A stretch of DNA of 37,159 bases from Vicinamibacterales bacterium (GTDB lineage Bacteria > Acidobacteriota > Vicinamibacteria > Vicinamibacterales > CAVVIG01), in contig JBPYEE010000581.1 of the NCBI GenBank assembly GCA_051985095.1, positions 1 through 37,159 on the forward strand, in the 5' to 3' direction. Below the pieces are notes generated by a model. That model ran no database searches and was not told where the DNA came from. It was given only the letters and a program-made list of their open reading frames with translations. The position numbers were made by a program, and so were the translations under genes. Shown one piece after another: positions 1 to 7,421 of this stretch (positions within the stretch are counted from its first letter, which is position 1; every line of letters starts with the position of its first letter).

Positions 1-1
1 C

Positions 2-415
2 GGGTTCCGGCCAAACCCGGGCGCCGCCGTGTCATTCCAGTGGAATTCGCCGCCGCCGGGAACCGCAGCCGACTATCTCAACGCCCCGACGGTTCGCCGG
101 TTCAAGACCCTGGCGGACTACAGTGCCGCGACCGGACAGGACACGCACAGCATCCTCGTCGACTTCACGGTCTTCGCGCATGTGCCGCCGCCGGACATGA
201 GCGATCCACAGCGGCTCTACGATCCCGCGCGTTTTGATTTTCGTCTGTCGCCCGGCTCGCCTGCCATCGACGCGGGAATCGTCATCCCGAACATCACCGA
301 CGGCTTTACGGGACGCGCTCCAGACCTGGGCGCGTTCGAAGTCGGACAGCCGCTGCCGCATTATGGCCCCCGGCCGGCGGCGTCGCTCCCGTCGCGAAGC
401 GAATCGTCGAGGTAA
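2..415 (+). CDS. 3' part of a gene for a right-handed beta-helix / pectin-lyase-fold-like protein (5' end outside window)
   Basis: Frame open from the window edge (codons from nt 2) to TAA 413-415. The tail RFDFRLSPGSPAIDAGIVIPNITDGFTGRAPDLGAFEVGQPLPHYGPRP resembles the conserved C-terminal module of beta-helix glycan-active proteins (recall only). Confidence 0.55.
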   Translation, partial: GFRPNPGAAVSFQWNSPPPGTAADYLNAPTVRRFKTLADYSAATGQDTHSILVDFTVFAHVPPPDMSDPQRLYDPARFDFRLSPGSPAIDAGIVIPNITDGFTGRAPDLGAFEVGQPLPHYGPRPAASLPSRSESSR

Positions 416-416
416 C

Positions 417-821
417 GTGGCGGTCCGACTGGTGCGCGGCCGGTCGGCCGTGCACGGCGCCGGGGTGTTCGCCGGCCAGCCGATCCCGAAAAACATGCGG
501 ATCATCGATTATGCGGGCGAGCTGATTCGAAACGACAAAACGTGTGAAGCGCGCGAGGAGCGCTATCTCAGAGAGGGCTGCATCTGGGTGTTTCGCGTCA
601 ACCGTGCATGGAGCCGCGACGCGAACGTGGGCGGCAATATCGCGCGGTTCATCAACCACTCGTGCACACCGAACTGCTATTTTCAGGTGGTGGACAAGAC
701 GATCTGGATCCGGGCGGCGCGAACGATTCGTCGGGGCGAAGAACTGACCTACGACTACAGAACAATCGGTGACCGCACGATTCCGTGCCGGTGCCGGCCC
801 GGGTGTCCGAACAAGATCTGA
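417..821 (+). CDS. SET-domain protein (putative protein-lysine methyltransferase), about 134 aa
   Basis: In-frame GTG at 417, one nt after the upstream TAA. The listed 234..821 ORF has an implausible Arg-rich N-extension that overlaps the upstream gene. SET hallmarks present: GAGVFA, NHSCTPNC, ELTYDY, and C-terminal Cys cluster CRCRPGCPN. Confidence 0.8.
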   Translation: MAVRLVRGRSAVHGAGVFAGQPIPKNMRIIDYAGELIRNDKTCEAREERYLREGCIWVFRVNRAWSRDANVGGNIARFINHSCTPNCYFQVVDKTIWIRAARTIRRGEELTYDYRTIGDRTIPCRCRPGCPNKI

Positions 822-828
822 GCGGTGA

Positions 829-858
829 GGCGGCCACGACCCGATGGTCGCGGCCGCC
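829..858. terminator. GC-rich hairpin between convergent SET and C-S lyase genes (candidate bidirectional terminator)
   Basis: GGCGGCCACGACC (829-841) pairs with GGTCGCGGCCGCC (846-858): 12 bp plus one A/C mismatch, 4-nt loop CGAT. It sits between stop 821 (+) and stop 866 (-). No clear U-tract. Confidence 0.5.
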
Positions 859-865
859 GAACTGG

Positions 866-2263
866 TTAGAGCGCGGCCGTGGTGGTCTTCTTCAGACCAT
901 CGAGCGTGCGCGCGACGCTCGTGAGCGCCGCCTCGAGCGTCTTGCGCGACGTCGCGATGTTCATGCGGGCGTGGTTCGCGCCGCCCAGGCCGTACGTATT
1001 GCCGCTGTTCAGGGCGACTTTCGCGTTCTTCGCCAGCCAGCGCACAGTCGCTTCTTCCGGTGTGATCGGATTGCCGTTGCGCCCCTTCGATTCGGCTGCG
1101 GCCAGTCCCTTCGCGTCGATCCGATTGGCGACCTCGGTCAGATCGATCCACATCAGGTAGGTGCCCTGCGCCTTCCGGTTGATCTTGATCATCGGGATGT
1201 TGGCGGCGATGAACTTCTGGGCAAAGTCGTGGTTGCCGTCGATGTAGTCGACGCACTGATTCAGCCAGTCCTCGCCGCCCTTGTACGCCGCCTGGCTGGC
1301 GACCATGCCGAGCGTCGACAGATCCGCACGATTCATCGCTTTGACGCGGGTGATGAAGTCCATGTTATCGGAGAAGAACCAGGCGCACTTCATCGCGGCC
1401 AGCCCGAACGACTTGCTGGCGGCCTTGAAGGTGATGCTGTTGTTCACGACCGCCTTGTTGGGCAGCGTCGAGAACGGGGTGTACTTGTTGCCCTTGGTGA
1501 CGAAGTCGCAATGAATCTCGTCGGAGAGGACCACAACGCGTTTGCGGAGGCAAATTTCGCCGAGGCGCATCAGATCGTCGGGCGACCACGTGTTGCCGGT
1601 CGGGTTCTGCGGATTGCACAGGATGAGCGCATTCGTTTCCATGCTGATCCGCTTCTCGAAATCGTCGAAGTCGATCTGGTAGCGGCCGTCGACGACCTTC
1701 ATCAGGCTCTCTTCCGGCTTCGTCCCCGTGTAGCGCAGGTCGCCGTAGAACCCGTTGTAGGTCGGCGTCGTCAGGAGAACTTTGCTGCCCGGGGGGCAGA
1801 AGGTCCGGAGGGCTGCAATCAGGCCGGGATGCACGCCGGTGGTGATCACCACCGATTCCGGATTGACATTGATGCCGTACCGTTTCTTGTTCCACGCGAC
1901 GATGCCGTCGGTAAACGAGTGCGGCATGTCGAGGTAACCCCAGTTTTCATGCTGAATGCGGTCCTGAAGCGCCTTGGTAATCACCGGCGCACAGCGGAAA
2001 TCCATGTCCGCGATGCCCATGCCGGCGACGATCGTTCCCATTTCGTTCTGTTTGAGCGCCTGATCCCACTTGACCGAATCGGTCCCCAGCCGGTTGTACG
2101 GCGTGTCGAAATCAAACTTGCCGTTGGCATCGGCGGGGGCGGACGCCAGCGCAGCAGCAGCGCTCGCGCTCAGCGACGTCCCGGAACCCACCGCACCTAC
2201 GAGCGCCGTCAGTCCGGCATTACGTAAAAAAGATCTGCGATTGAGGCCGTCGGTCTGTGACAT
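866..2263 (-). CDS. PatB/MalY-type PLP-dependent C-S lyase (class I/II aminotransferase fold) with N-terminal twin-arginine signal
   Basis: 465-aa ORF. The N-terminus MSQTDGLNRRSFLRNAGLTALVGAVGSG...ASAAAALA has an RRxFL Tat motif, a hydrophobic core and AxA sites. The body matches MalY/PatB style (LCNPQNPTGN, SDEIHCDF, KAASKSFGLAAMK with the PLP lysine context). GAGGAG lies upstream of the ATG. Confidence 0.8.
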   Translation of the reverse strand: MSQTDGLNRRSFLRNAGLTALVGAVGSGTSLSASAAAALASAPADANGKFDFDTPYNRLGTDSVKWDQALKQNEMGTIVAGMGIADMDFRCAPVITKALQDRIQHENWGYLDMPHSFTDGIVAWNKKRYGINVNPESVVITTGVHPGLIAALRTFCPPGSKVLLTTPTYNGFYGDLRYTGTKPEESLMKVVDGRYQIDFDDFEKRISMETNALILCNPQNPTGNTWSPDDLMRLGEICLRKRVVVLSDEIHCDFVTKGNKYTPFSTLPNKAVVNNSITFKAASKSFGLAAMKCAWFFSDNMDFITRVKAMNRADLSTLGMVASQAAYKGGEDWLNQCVDYIDGNHDFAQKFIAANIPMIKINRKAQGTYLMWIDLTEVANRIDAKGLAAAESKGRNGNPITPEEATVRWLAKNAKVALNSGNTYGLGGANHARMNIATSRKTLEAALTSVARTLDGLKKTTTAAL

Positions 2264-2343
2264 GGATGTGCTCCTCAGGCGGAGAGTCTACACCCAATAG
2301 GCAGATCCGGAGAGACTTTCTGGTGACGTGCGGGCCTACCGGC

Positions 2344-2505
2344 TCAACGATTTGCGGCCGCGGATTTCAGCTGCATCTCCTTCTGGCCGCGCAGGATCGA
2401 GCACCAATCCTTGTGTTCGGCAATGGGCATACCGCACTCGACACACACGCGGACGCGGGGCTTTGGTGGCTCGTTCTTCCCGAACAGGCGTTTCAGCAAA
2501 GACAT
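2344..2505 (-). CDS. small hypothetical protein, 53 aa, CxxC...H...C (possible zinc knuckle)
   Basis: Hand-translated: ATG 2505-2503, TGA 2346-2344, product MSLLKRLFGKNEPPKPRVRVCVECGMPIAEHKDWCSILRGQKEMQLKSAAANR. GGAGG (2514-2510 on minus) lies 4 nt before the ATG. G/C-rich third positions match the neighbours. Below the ORF-track length cutoff. Confidence 0.5.
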   Translation of the reverse strand: MSLLKRLFGKNEPPKPRVRVCVECGMPIAEHKDWCSILRGQKEMQLKSAAANR

Positions 2506-2600
2506 GCACCCTCCAGGGTCGTCGTATAGTCGTTGAGACGTTAGACGGGTGGAAACGGTTCAAGGTTGGCGGGTTTCTCAGAAATGCGGTATAGGCTGGA

Positions 2601-3248
2601 TTGGACACTGTGAGCATCCGCGTCATCCTCGTGGACGACCATCCGATTGTCCTGCAGGGTCTGCAGCATCTCTTCGCCCGGCAGGACGATTTCGAGGTCG
2701 TGGCGGCCTGCCCCGACGCCGACACGGCGTTCGAAGCAGTGCGCGCGAAGCACCCCGATGTCCTGGTCCTCGACGTCCGGATGCCGGGCCGCGACGGGGT
2801 GGATCTGCTGCGCACGCTCAACCGCGAGAACGCTCTCTGCCGCACGGTGCTGCTGACGGCGGCGATCACCGAGGATCAGATCGTCGATGCCGTGAAACTC
2901 GGCGCCTCCGGCGTCGTCCTGAAGGAGTCGCCGCCAGAGCTGCTCATCGAATGCGTGCGGCGGGTGAGCCAGGGCGAGCAGTGGATCGACCGCGACATGG
3001 TCACGCGCGCCTTTCGCACCGTACTCGATCGCGAAGCGGCGTCGCGCGACGCGTCGCAGCCGCTGACGCCGCGGGAGATCGAGATCGTCCACATGGTGGC
3101 CCAGGGGCTGCGCAATCGCGCGATCGCCGAACGCCTCTCGATCTCCGAGGGGACCGTCAAGGTGCACCTGCACAACATCTACGAAAAACTCGGCGTCGAT
3201 GGCCGCCTCGAGCTGGTGCTGGTCGCCCAGCAGCGCGGATTGGTTTGA
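2601..3248 (+). CDS. NarL/FixJ (LuxR-type HTH) response regulator, orphan
   Basis: Receiver motifs: ILVDDHP, phospho-Asp context VLVLDVRMPGRDG, LLTAA, and Lys in VVLKE. The C-terminal LuxR HTH reads LTPREIEIVHMVAQGLRNRAIAERLSISEGTVKVHLHNIYEKLGV. Start is TTG 2601 or in-frame GTG 2610. No histidine kinase in the window. Confidence 0.9.
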   Translation: MDTVSIRVILVDDHPIVLQGLQHLFARQDDFEVVAACPDADTAFEAVRAKHPDVLVLDVRMPGRDGVDLLRTLNRENALCRTVLLTAAITEDQIVDAVKLGASGVVLKESPPELLIECVRRVSQGEQWIDRDMVTRAFRTVLDREAASRDASQPLTPREIEIVHMVAQGLRNRAIAERLSISEGTVKVHLHNIYEKLGVDGRLELVLVAQQRGLV

Positions 3249-3258
3249 CGGGATTGCC

Positions 3259-3286
3259 TTGACATTGCCGCGCCCCGGCGTACATT
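3259..3286 (+). promoter_or_regulatory. sigma70-like promoter motif with no downstream plus-strand gene
   Basis: TTGACA (3259-3264), 16-nt spacer, TACATT (3281-3286), lying 11 nt after the regulator stop. It points toward the 3' end of the convergent minus-strand gene 3441-3977. Confidence 0.3.
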
Positions 3287-3440
3287 CGGGGTAGGTTGCG
3301 TAACGCCCTGTAGGTTCTCGCGAGTCGCGGCTGGTCAGGCTTCATCGCCACCAACGCCGCAGACGTCGCTCCCTCGATCGCGCCTGAAATGGCGAGACGA
3401 GGTGAGCCGCTCGCCGATGGATCGCAGGGCGTTCGCTTGT

Positions 3441-3977
3441 TCAGCTCGTCTTCTTCACCTGCGCCAGGAGGGCCGTCAGGATCTGGGTATATCGCTCGTC
3501 CGCGTTCGAGAACGCCTTCGTATAGTCCTGCTCGCTCAGTTTCTGCCGCTTCCAGTCACCGTCGAACGCTGTCGTCTTTCCCCCTTCTTCGAAGGTGTCG
3601 GATCCCTGATTCTCGCTCGCCTTCGCTTTCAGCCCGTCGGCGCCGACATCCATGATGAAGATTTTCGTCGCCGCAATCGATGCGCTATTGAGATCGATAT
3701 AGGTATCCCGGAACTCTTTTTTTGCCAGGCGGTCGTTGAGCACTTGCGGCGCCGAGAACCTTGCGGAGACCACGAGGAGTTGCGCGTTCGGGAAGTAGAG
3801 CGCCGCGCAGAACACGTCCGGAGCCGAGGGGTCCTTCGCCGCGATCGCATCGAGTTTGCCGGCGTCAAGCGCGGCGGCGAGCTGCTTGGCGAGCGCGGCG
3901 GATTTCGATTCCTGCGCCAACGCGGTGGTCGACAGCAGTAAAACGACGGACAGCGAACGGAGCAGGATTCGCGTCAT
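3441..3977 (-). CDS. secreted hypothetical protein (178 aa, Sec signal peptide)
   Basis: Internal ATG at 3977 preceded by GGGAGG. N-terminus MTRILLRSLSVVLLLSTTALAQES is a classic signal peptide with an AxA site. No family recognised. Confidence 0.7.
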   Translation of the reverse strand: MTRILLRSLSVVLLLSTTALAQESKSAALAKQLAAALDAGKLDAIAAKDPSAPDVFCAALYFPNAQLLVVSARFSAPQVLNDRLAKKEFRDTYIDLNSASIAATKIFIMDVGADGLKAKASENQGSDTFEEGGKTTAFDGDWKRQKLSEQDYTKAFSNADERYTQILTALLAQVKKTS

Positions 3978-4050
3978 ACGGGCCTCCCGGGGTGTTGTGT
4001 GAGAGCGTTGTACACCCAACGGGGGGGCCGGTTCCAGGGGTTTAGCGAGG

Positions 4051-4476
4051 TTAGATGAAGAGCGCGTCGTCCTCTTCGGAGCGCGTCGGACGGCGCCGTC
4101 CGGTCTGGCGCAGGTCGCGGATCGCCCGAAAAGCCGCCTTGAAGGCGCTCAGGAGCGCCCGCCCTTCCCGGGCCGGCTTGCCGAGCGACGCCTGCACGCT
4201 GTTCAGCGCCTCGTCGACCCGGAAGGCGATGTCACCGAAAAGCTTATCGGCGCGCTCCACCTGCGCGGTCGCAAGCGTCGCCGCCCGCGAGGCGTCGCGC
4301 GCGATCGCATTGAGGTGATCGAACGCGGGCTTGATCTCCCGCTCGACGGTGCCGATCAACCTGGTCACCCGCCGGACCGCCAACCCCAGGGTCACGCAGA
4401 CGCCAACCTGGACGATCGCCAATGCGAGCGTTGCCACCGCGATTACGCCGAGGAAAATCTCACCCCACTGGCTCAC
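4051..4476 (-). CDS. DUF948 / YtxG-like membrane-anchored stress protein
   Basis: GTG start overlaps the ytxH-like stop (GTGA at 4473-4476). One N-terminal TM (IFLGVIAVATLALAIVQVGVCVTLGLAV) followed by a long helical region, as in DUF948 proteins. Confidence 0.6.
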   Translation of the reverse strand: MSQWGEIFLGVIAVATLALAIVQVGVCVTLGLAVRRVTRLIGTVEREIKPAFDHLNAIARDASRAATLATAQVERADKLFGDIAFRVDEALNSVQASLGKPAREGRALLSAFKAAFRAIRDLRQTGRRRPTRSEEDDALFI

Positions 4477-4748
4477 GCGTTCTCTCGTGTGCGCGCCTGC
4501 TGATACGCTTCGCGGCCGCGCTCGATCGCGGTGTTGAGCGTCTCGCGGCCCTGGTTCAGCATGTCGCGGCCCTTGGCCGCCGCATCGGCGGCCCGGTCGC
4601 GTCCTTCGCGGGCCTTCTCGCCGAGGAATTCGCGTGTCTCGGTGCCGGCTGCCGGGGCGTATAACAGCGCCACGGCCGCGCCCGCGACCGCGCCCAGCAA
4701 GAACGCCAGCAGCACGCTTCCCGCTCCAGCCCCTTCATCGCGCGACAT
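4473..4748 (-). CDS. YtxH-domain protein
   Basis: N-terminal GSVLLAFLLGAVAGAAVALLYAPAAGTETREFL matches the YtxH signature (Gly-zipper TM then APxxGxETR), followed by a charged helical tail. AGGAG lies 7 nt before the ATG and overlaps the mlaD stop. Confidence 0.8.
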   Translation of the reverse strand: MSRDEGAGAGSVLLAFLLGAVAGAAVALLYAPAAGTETREFLGEKAREGRDRAADAAAKGRDMLNQGRETLNTAIERGREAYQQARTRENA

Positions 4749-4758
4749 TGTCGGTCTC

Positions 4759-5799
4759 CTAGAAAATGCTGACCCTCACGTTCAGGTAGCGCCGCGGGTC
4801 CTGCTTGATCGCGGCCAGCAAAGCCTGGAATTCGAGCACCGTTTTGTTCATGTTCTCATATAACTGCTTATCTTTCAGCAACTGTCCCGCCGTGCCCTCG
4901 CCGTCGTTCAATCGCGTGACGAGCTGATCGAGCTGTCCGGTGAGGTCGCGCACCCCGTCGTAAAGCGCGCTGTCGGTCAACAGTTTCCCGGCCGTCCCCT
5001 GCCCGTCGTTGAGCCGTGCGGTCAACGTCTGCAGATTCGTGGTCGCGCCGGCCAGCGAATCCGCAAAGGTCCGATCGTTCAACAGTCGACCGATACTCCC
5101 CTGGCCGGCGTTCAGACGCTCGGTCACGCTCTGCAGATTCTTGAGCGACGCATTCAGGGAGTCGATGGTCTGGCGATCGTTGATCAGGCGGCCGAGGGAG
5201 CCTCGCCCCTGCTTGATCGTGGTGGTGACGTCATTGGCCGATGCCACGAACGCCTGGAGTTCGCTGAACAGCCGGTCGTCGGTCATCAGCTTGCCGATCG
5301 TCCCTTTCCCGGCCCGCACGTCTTTCACCAGGCCGGTGATTTCGTCGATGCCGGCGACCGCGGTGTCGGTGATGTCGGCGATCGACCCCTTGGCCCGGCC
5401 CGTTGGCACGTACCCGCCGTCCGGGATGGGGGTCCCGTGCGACGCGGGCCTGATGTCGATCGCCGCCTGCCCGAGCAGCGACACCGACCCGAGCGTCGCG
5501 AGCGATTCGTCGGTGATGCGGTTCCGGATGTTCTTGTTCACCTCGAACCTGACCTCAACCTCCTCGCCGACGATGTCGACCTGTTTCACGCTGCCCACTT
5601 CAACGCCCGCCAGACGCACCGGCGAGCCCGATGTCAACCCCGCGACGTCCGGAAACTTCGCTCTCAAGTTGTAGCGCTGCCAGAAGAAGCCTCGCGTGCC
5701 GGTGAGGCTGAAGATCAAGACCGCCGCGATCACGATCGCGGCGATCGTCAGGACCCCGATGCGTAGTTCCGACCAGGCAAGCGAGCGGGTTCGCGGCAT
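4759..5799 (-). CDS. mlaD: MlaD/MCE-domain protein with repetitive C-terminal extension
   Basis: N-terminal TM (IGVLTIAAIVIAAVLIF), then an MCE domain (FPDVAGLTSGSPVRLAGVEVGSVKQVDI...), then five 34-aa repeats. Follows mlaE/mlaF. Confidence 0.85.
   Translation of the reverse strand: MPRTRSLAWSELRIGVLTIAAIVIAAVLIFSLTGTRGFFWQRYNLRAKFPDVAGLTSGSPVRLAGVEVGSVKQVDIVGEEVEVRFEVNKNIRNRITDESLATLGSVSLLGQAAIDIRPASHGTPIPDGGYVPTGRAKGSIADITDTAVAGIDEITGLVKDVRAGKGTIGKLMTDDRLFSELQAFVASANDVTTTIKQGRGSLGRLINDRQTIDSLNASLKNLQSVTERLNAGQGSIGRLLNDRTFADSLAGATTNLQTLTARLNDGQGTAGKLLTDSALYDGVRDLTGQLDQLVTRLNDGEGTAGQLLKDKQLYENMNKTVLEFQALLAAIKQDPRRYLNVRVSIF
4801..5310 (-). repeat. five tandem 34-aa (102-nt) repeats inside mlaD
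   Basis: Repeat units start at residues G164, G198, G232, G266 and G300: GKGTIGKLMTD..., GRGSLGRLIND..., GQGSIGRLLND..., GQGTAGKLLTD..., GEGTAGQLLKD.... The period is exactly 34 residues. Confidence 0.85.
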
Positions 5800-5805
5800 A
5801 AATCC

Positions 5806-6648
5806 TCAGCTGAGAAACTCCCGAATATACGGATGCTGCGACGTGCGGAGGGCGCCGGCGTCGCCTTCGAAAATGATGAGACCATCGCGGAGCATGATGA
5901 ATTCCGCTTCCTGCTCCTTGCCCGGGGTGGCGGGGACGATGTGGACCGTCCCGGCGCTGTTGCGCACCGCCATGTGCGTGGCGACGTAGAAGGCGTCGCG
6001 CAACTGATGCGTCACAATGATCGAGCTCACGCCCTCGAGGTCCCGCAGCTTGATCATCTCGTCATTCACGGTGTTGGCCGTGATCGGATCGAGCCCCGTC
6101 GTCGCTTCGTCGTACAGCATGATGCTCGGCCTGAACGCCATCGCGCGCGCGATCGCCACGCGCCGTCGTTGACCGCCCGACAACTCCGACGGCATCTTGT
6201 CGATGTGCTCGAGCAGGCCGATGAAGCCGAGCACTTCCTCGACCCGGTGGTCGATGTCGGCCAGCGGGAGCTCGGTTTCCTCGTAGAGCTTGTATCCGAC
6301 GTTCTCCCGCACGGTCAGCGAATCGAACAACGCCCCTTCCTGAAAGATCATGCCCAGGTCGCCACGCACCGACATCAGCTGCGCCTCGGTCAGCTGGTCC
6401 ACGCGCTGGCCGTTGACCCAGACGACGCCGGCGTCGGCACGCCACAACCCGACGATGATCTTGAGCGTCGTCGACTTTCCCGATCCGCTGGCGCCCAGGA
6501 TGATCTTCGTGTGCCCTTTGATGACGGTGAAGGTCAGATCCGCGAGCACCACCTTGTCGTCGAACGCGAGGCGCACGTGATCGAACACGACGACCGGCGC
6601 ACCCGGCTCGGACAGGATCTCTCTCGCCGTGAGAAGACGGCTCGTCAT
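5806..6648 (-). CDS. mlaF: ABC transporter ATP-binding protein, MlaF-like
   Basis: Start taken at ATG 6648, which overlaps the mlaE stop (ATGA 6645-6648); the listed ORF start 6786 would run inside mlaE. Walker A GASGSGKST, signature LSGGQRRRV, Walker B IMLYDEATTGLD. Confidence 0.9.
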   Translation of the reverse strand: MTSRLLTAREILSEPGAPVVVFDHVRLAFDDKVVLADLTFTVIKGHTKIILGASGSGKSTTLKIIVGLWRADAGVVWVNGQRVDQLTEAQLMSVRGDLGMIFQEGALFDSLTVRENVGYKLYEETELPLADIDHRVEEVLGFIGLLEHIDKMPSELSGGQRRRVAIARAMAFRPSIMLYDEATTGLDPITANTVNDEMIKLRDLEGVSSIIVTHQLRDAFYVATHMAVRNSAGTVHIVPATPGKEQEAEFIMLRDGLIIFEGDAGALRTSQHPYIREFLS

Positions 6649-7421
6649 GGATACAGCACTTGGATGATCAACTGTGTTACGAAGAAGTCGACGGCGATCA
6701 CCGCCACCGATCCCGCCACGACCGCGACCGTCGTTGCCCGGCCGACGCCCTGGGTGCCGCCGTGCGTTCGCAGGCCGACATGGCACGCGATTGTCACGAT
6801 CACGAAGCCCAGCACAAACGGCTTGATGAGACCCATCCAGACGTCTTCCATGTACAGCGCCCGGGTCACCGACGACCAGTACACGCCGGACGCCACCTTC
6901 AGCTGAAAGGTCGAGACGACCCAGCCGCCCAGGATGCCGACGAAATCGGACATGATCGTCAGCGCGGGCGTCATGAAGAACCCGGCCAGCACCCGGGGAA
7001 CCACGAGCTTGCGGACCGGATCCGTGCCGAGCGCGCGGAGCGCATTGATCTGGTCGCTGACGGCCATTGACCCCAGCTCAGCCGCGATACCGGACCCGAC
7101 GCGTCCGACCAACATCAAGCCGGCGAGCACCGGCCCGAGCTCCTTGATCATCGAGGCGCTGACGAGCCGGCCGATGACGGGCCGGGCGCCGAATTGATCG
7201 AGCGTGAGGCCGCTTTGCGACGCCAGCGCCATGCCGGTGAACAGCCCCGTCAGCAGGACCACGGTCAGCGAACCGAAGCCGATGAGATCGAACTGCTCGA
7301 CGACGTCGTGGTAGTAGAACGGGCGCGAGAACACGCCGGCAGCCGCCGCGTACACCAGATTGACGTACTCCTGCGCTTCGAGCGCGGCGTTCTTCAGCCA
7401 GCGTGCGAGGAGGCCCATCAC
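6645..7421 (-). CDS. mlaE: ABC transporter permease, MlaE-like
   Basis: 258-aa multi-TM protein with MlaE-type motifs ([48 protein letters not shown]). Start is GTG 7421 or ATG 7418; both overlap the uvrB stop TGA 7418-7420. Confidence 0.9.
   Translation of the reverse strand: MMGLLARWLKNAALEAQEYVNLVYAAAAGVFSRPFYYHDVVEQFDLIGFGSLTVVLLTGLFTGMALASQSGLTLDQFGARPVIGRLVSASMIKELGPVLAGLMLVGRVGSGIAAELGSMAVSDQINALRALGTDPVRKLVVPRVLAGFFMTPALTIMSDFVGILGGWVVSTFQLKVASGVYWSSVTRALYMEDVWMGLIKPFVLGFVIVTIACHVGLRTHGGTQGVGRATTVAVVAGSVAVIAVDFFVTQLIIQVLYP

Noticed and set aside
785-2227. Long ORFs antisense to clearly recognisable genes (examples: 785..2227 +, 7985..8965 +, 9328..11043 -, 17221..18393 -, 20173..21654 -, 23731..25242 +, 34663..35931 -)
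   Set aside because: Their translations are Arg/Pro/Gly/Ala-rich low-complexity strings with no motifs, and each mirrors a gene with strong family signatures. Such stop-free antisense frames are expected in DNA of about two-thirds G+C.
3296-3305. 10-mer TTGCGTAACG shared by two intergenic regions next to the two response regulators (3296-3305 and 13430-13439)
   Set aside because: By a rough estimate, several chance 10-mer matches are expected among the few kb of intergenic DNA on both strands. There is no extended similarity around the match.
5806-6786. N-terminal extensions of track ORFs (234..821, 5806..6786, 12202..13317, 16214..17734, 32090..33556, 3441..4019, 7418..9451)
   Set aside because: The extensions overlap the neighbouring gene, are Arg-rich and unconserved-looking. 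In each case an internal start with an SD, or a 4-nt ATGA/GTGA overlap, gives the canonical family N-terminus.
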